Made by a program: the position numbers and the translations under genes
Notes under the pieces: generated by a model
Databases searched by the model: none
Seen by the model: only the letters and a program-made list of their open reading frames with translations
Told to the model about the DNA's origin: nothing
Shown: piece after piece, positions 61,191 through 64,000 of the stretch
Layout of the letters: the number at the start of each line of letters is the position of its first letter
Numbering within the stretch: position 1 is the first letter of the stretch
Source: Mobula hypostoma
Taxonomy: Eukaryota
Direction: 5' to 3'
Assembly (NCBI RefSeq): GCF_963921235.1
Contig: NC_086097.1
Location: 167,650,001 to 167,714,000 of the forward strand
Length of the DNA: 64,000 nt

Positions 61191-64000
61191 TTACTCTTTC
61201 TTTCTTTTTAAATCTTTTTATTGAGTAAGTATACAAAAAAGGTAAGCCATATAAACATTAATACAATGTTAAAGTATAATAAAATTCCAAAAGGTAACAA
61301 TACCAAAAAGAAAATACTACAAACAATGTAATTTAAGCATAAGAAACCAAGATAACATAATAGTATACTAGATTTTATATATATCAATGGAAAAAAAGAA
61401 AAAAAAACCCCCAAAAAAAACCCACCGTGCAACTAACTAAAAGCAAAGCAAAGCAATGGGCTAACTTGAAACCAAACAGAGTTAAACTTAAAATCACGTC
61501 CTCAATCCCGACCTCCATTAAAACAGTGAAAAAAAACAAGAAGGGTAAATATTACATTAAATGAAAATATCGAATAAAAGGTCCCCAAATCTGTTCAAAT
61601 TTAAATGAAGAATCATAAAGGTTACTTCTAATTTTCTCCAGATTCAAACATAAAATCGTCTGAGAAAACCAAAAAAAGGTAGTTGGAGCATTAAGCTCTT
61701 TCCAATGTTGTAAAATACATCTTTTCGCCATTAAAGTAAGAAATGCAATCATTCTACGGGCTGAAGGGGAAAGATTACTAGAAATTTTAGGTAGTCCAAA
61801 GATAGCAGTAATAGGGTGAGGAGAGATATCTATATTTAATACCTTAGAAATAATATTGAAAATATCTCTCCAAAAAGTTTCCAAAGTAGGGCAAGACCAA
61901 AACATATGAGTTAAAGAGGCTATCTGCCCCGAACATCTATCACAGAAAGGATTAATATGCGAGTAAAAACGCGCTAACTTATCTTTGGACATATGTGCTC
62001 TATGCACCACTTTAAATTGAATTAGGGAATGTTTAGCACAAATAGAGGAAGTATTAACTAATTGTAAAATCTGCCCCCAATCATCCACAGAAATGGTAAG
62101 CCCCAATTCCTGTTCCCAATCTACCCTAATCTTATCAAATGGAGCTTTCCTGAGTTTCATAATAATATTATAAATCATAGCCGATGCACCTTTCTGACAT
62201 GGATTAAGGTTAATTATCGAATCTAAAATATATATAGGAGGAAGCATTGGAAAGGAAGGAAGTATAGTACTTAGAAAATTTCTAACTTGTAAATATCTAA
62301 AAAAATGTATTCTTGATAGGTTATATTTATTAGATAATTGTTCAAAAGACATAAGGGAACCATCTAAAAATAAATCCAAAAACCGTAAAATACCCTTAGT
62401 CTTCCAAGTTTGAAAAGCGCGATCCGTAAAAGAGGGAGGAAAAAATATGTTACCTAAAATAGGAATCGCTAACCCGAATTGATTAAGATCAAAAAATTTT
62501 CTGAATTGAAACCAAATACGCAAAGCATATTTAACGATCGGGTTAGAGACCTGCTTAAGGCGTTTCGAATCAAAAGGAAGAGATGAACCTAAAATAGAAC
62601 CAAGTGTATAACCCTGAACAGATTGTAATTCCAATGCTACCCATTTAGGAATAGATAGTATATCCCGGTCAAGTAACCAAAATTTCATATGTCGAATATT
62701 AATAGCCCAATAATAAAATCTAAAGTTAGGTAATGCTAAACCTCCATCTCTCTTAGCTTTCTGTAAATGTATTTTACCCAGTCTCGGATTCTTATTCTGC
62801 CAAATAAATGAAGAAATTTTAGAGTCGACTTTATCAAAAAAAGATTTAGGAACGAAAATTGGTAATGCCTGAAACACATATAAAAATTTTGGCAAAAAAA
62901 ACATCTTAACTGCATTAATACGACCAATCAAAGTTAAATATAAAGGAAACCATTTAGATGAAAGTTGAGTAATATGGTCTATTAATGGTAAAAAGTTAGT
63001 CTTAAATAAATCTTTATGTTTACAAGTAATTTTAATCCCAAGATATGAAAGGTAATTATTAATCAATTTAAATGGAAATTTATAATATAAGGGAAGATGT
63101 TTATTAATCGGAAAAAGTTCACTCTTACTAAGATTTAATTTATAACCTGAGAAAAGACCAAATTGTGCTAATAACTCTAAAACAGCAGGAATAGATCTCT
63201 CAGGATTAGAAATATATAAAAGTAAATCATCAGCATAGAGTGATAATTTATGGGACTTTAATCCCCGAGTTATCCCAGTAATATTTGAAGATTCTCGAAT
63301 AGCAATTGCAAGAGGTTCTAATGCAATATCAAATAATAGGGAACTAAAAGGACAGCCTTGTCGAGTACCACGAAAGAGAGGAAAAAAAGGTGAGTTTAAA
63401 GAGTTAGTACGAACCGAGGCTACAGGGGAGTGATATAACAGTTTAATCCAGGATATAAATTTCAGGCTAAAATTAAACATTTCAAGCACCTTAAATAAAT
63501 AAGGCCATTCTACTCTATCAAAAGCTTTCTCGGCATCTAAAGAAATAACACACTCAGGAACATTTTGTGAGGGAGTATAAACGATATTTAACAATGTACG
63601 AATATTATAAAAAGAGTAACGACCTTTAATAAAACCCGTTTGGTCTTCCGAAATAATAGAAGGAAGTACTTTTTCTAGTCTATTTGCTAATAACTTAGAA
63701 AAAACTTTAGAATCAACATTTAATAAAGATATTGGTCTATAAGATGCACATTGAGCAGGGTCTTTATCCTTCTTTAGTATTAAAGAAATTGATGCTCTAT
63801 TAAAAGATTCCGGAAGTTTACCAAGTTTCAAAGAAGCCTCAAAAACCTTATAGAGCCAAGGAATCAATAAAGAAGCAAAACATTTATAAAATTCAACGGT
63901 AAACCCATCAGGGCCAGGAGCTTTCCCCAGATTCATAGAAAAAATAACATTCTTAATCTCATCCATTGTAATGGAAGTATCTAATAAAGAAGACATATCC
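61191..64000 (-). mobile_element. Young L1/Tx1-clade LINE (3' part; continues beyond the window)
   Basis: Uninterrupted ORF2 segment, a 3'UTR of about 350 nt and an A-rich tail. A sister fragment lies at 43526. Confidence 0.93.
61552..63996 (-). CDS. L1-type ORF2 reverse transcriptase with C-terminal Cys/His motif (5'-partial)
   Basis: 814 codons without a stop. Motifs KAPGPDGF, YRPISLLN.D.K, SLDAEKAFDRVEW, RGTRQGCP, LYADD, YLGI and CDRC..HMFWSC. Confidence 0.92.
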   Translation of the reverse strand: MSSLLDTSITMDEIKNVIFSMNLGKAPGPDGFTVEFYKCFASLLIPWLYKVFEASLKLGKLPESFNRASISLILKKDKDPAQCASYRPISLLNVDSKVFSKLLANRLEKVLPSIISEDQTGFIKGRYSFYNIRTLLNIVYTPSQNVPECVISLDAEKAFDRVEWPYLFKVLEMFNFSLKFISWIKLLYHSPVASVRTNSLNSPFFPLFRGTRQGCPFSSLLFDIALEPLAIAIRESSNITGITRGLKSHKLSLYADDLLLYISNPERSIPAVLELLAQFGLFSGYKLNLSKSELFPINKHLPLYYKFPFKLINNYLSYLGIKITCKHKDLFKTNFLPLIDHITQLSSKWFPLYLTLIGRINAVKMFFLPKFLYVFQALPIFVPKSFFDKVDSKISSFIWQNKNPRLGKIHLQKAKRDGGLALPNFRFYYWAINIRHMKFWLLDRDILSIPKWVALELQSVQGYTLGSILGSSLPFDSKRLKQVSNPIVKYALRIWFQFRKFFDLNQFGLAIPILGNIFFPPSFTDRAFQTWKTKGILRFLDLFLDGSLMSFEQLSNKYNLSRIHFFRYLQVRNFLSTILPSFPMLPPIYILDSIINLNPCQKGASAMIYNIIMKLRKAPFDKIRVDWEQELGLTISVDDWGQILQLVNTSSICAKHSLIQFKVVHRAHMSKDKLARFYSHINPFCDRCSGQIASLTHMFWSCPTLETFWRDIFNIISKVLNIDISPHPITAIFGLPKISSNLSPSARRMIAFLTLMAKRCILQHWKELNAPTTFFWFSQTILCLNLEKIRSNLYDSSFKFEQIWGPFIRYFHLM

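Noticed and set aside
1..64000. Unistrand piRNA-cluster-like TE orientation bias
   Set aside because: LINE fragments occur on both strands without an obvious bias.

Overview
Eukaryotic, repeat-saturated vertebrate DNA. The repeat mix suggests a cartilaginous fish, probably a ray; this is inferred, not proven. No host protein-coding gene can be confidently called. Most of the window is nested transposable elements: many CR1 LINEs (one near full-length at 19558-23770 minus, with zinc-finger/coiled-coil + SGNH-esterase ORF1 and APE-RT ORF2), Rex1/Babar-type LINE pieces, an RTE fragment, a young L1/Tx1-clade LINE running off the right edge with an uninterrupted 814-codon ORF2 segment, a decayed Gypsy LTR element, Tc1 (DD34E), Tigger-like and hAT-like DNA transposons, MITEs, and many Penelope-derived short elements. 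Three observations stand out. (1) Two diverged CR1 copies share a U_UUA_AAC slippery heptamer directly before the ORF1 stop, followed by an identically spaced G-tract. ORF2 lies in the -1 frame with no AUG before its endonuclease domain, pointing to programmed -1 ribosomal frameshifting. (2) The Penelope-derived short elements carry minimal hammerhead ribozyme cores and often form hairpin/palindromic units. (3) A degenerate, co-oriented ~39-bp tandem array forms the scaffold between about 25 and 57 kb and has been broken up by TE insertions. Boundaries were read by eye and are approximate unless a TIR, TSD or LTR end is quoted.
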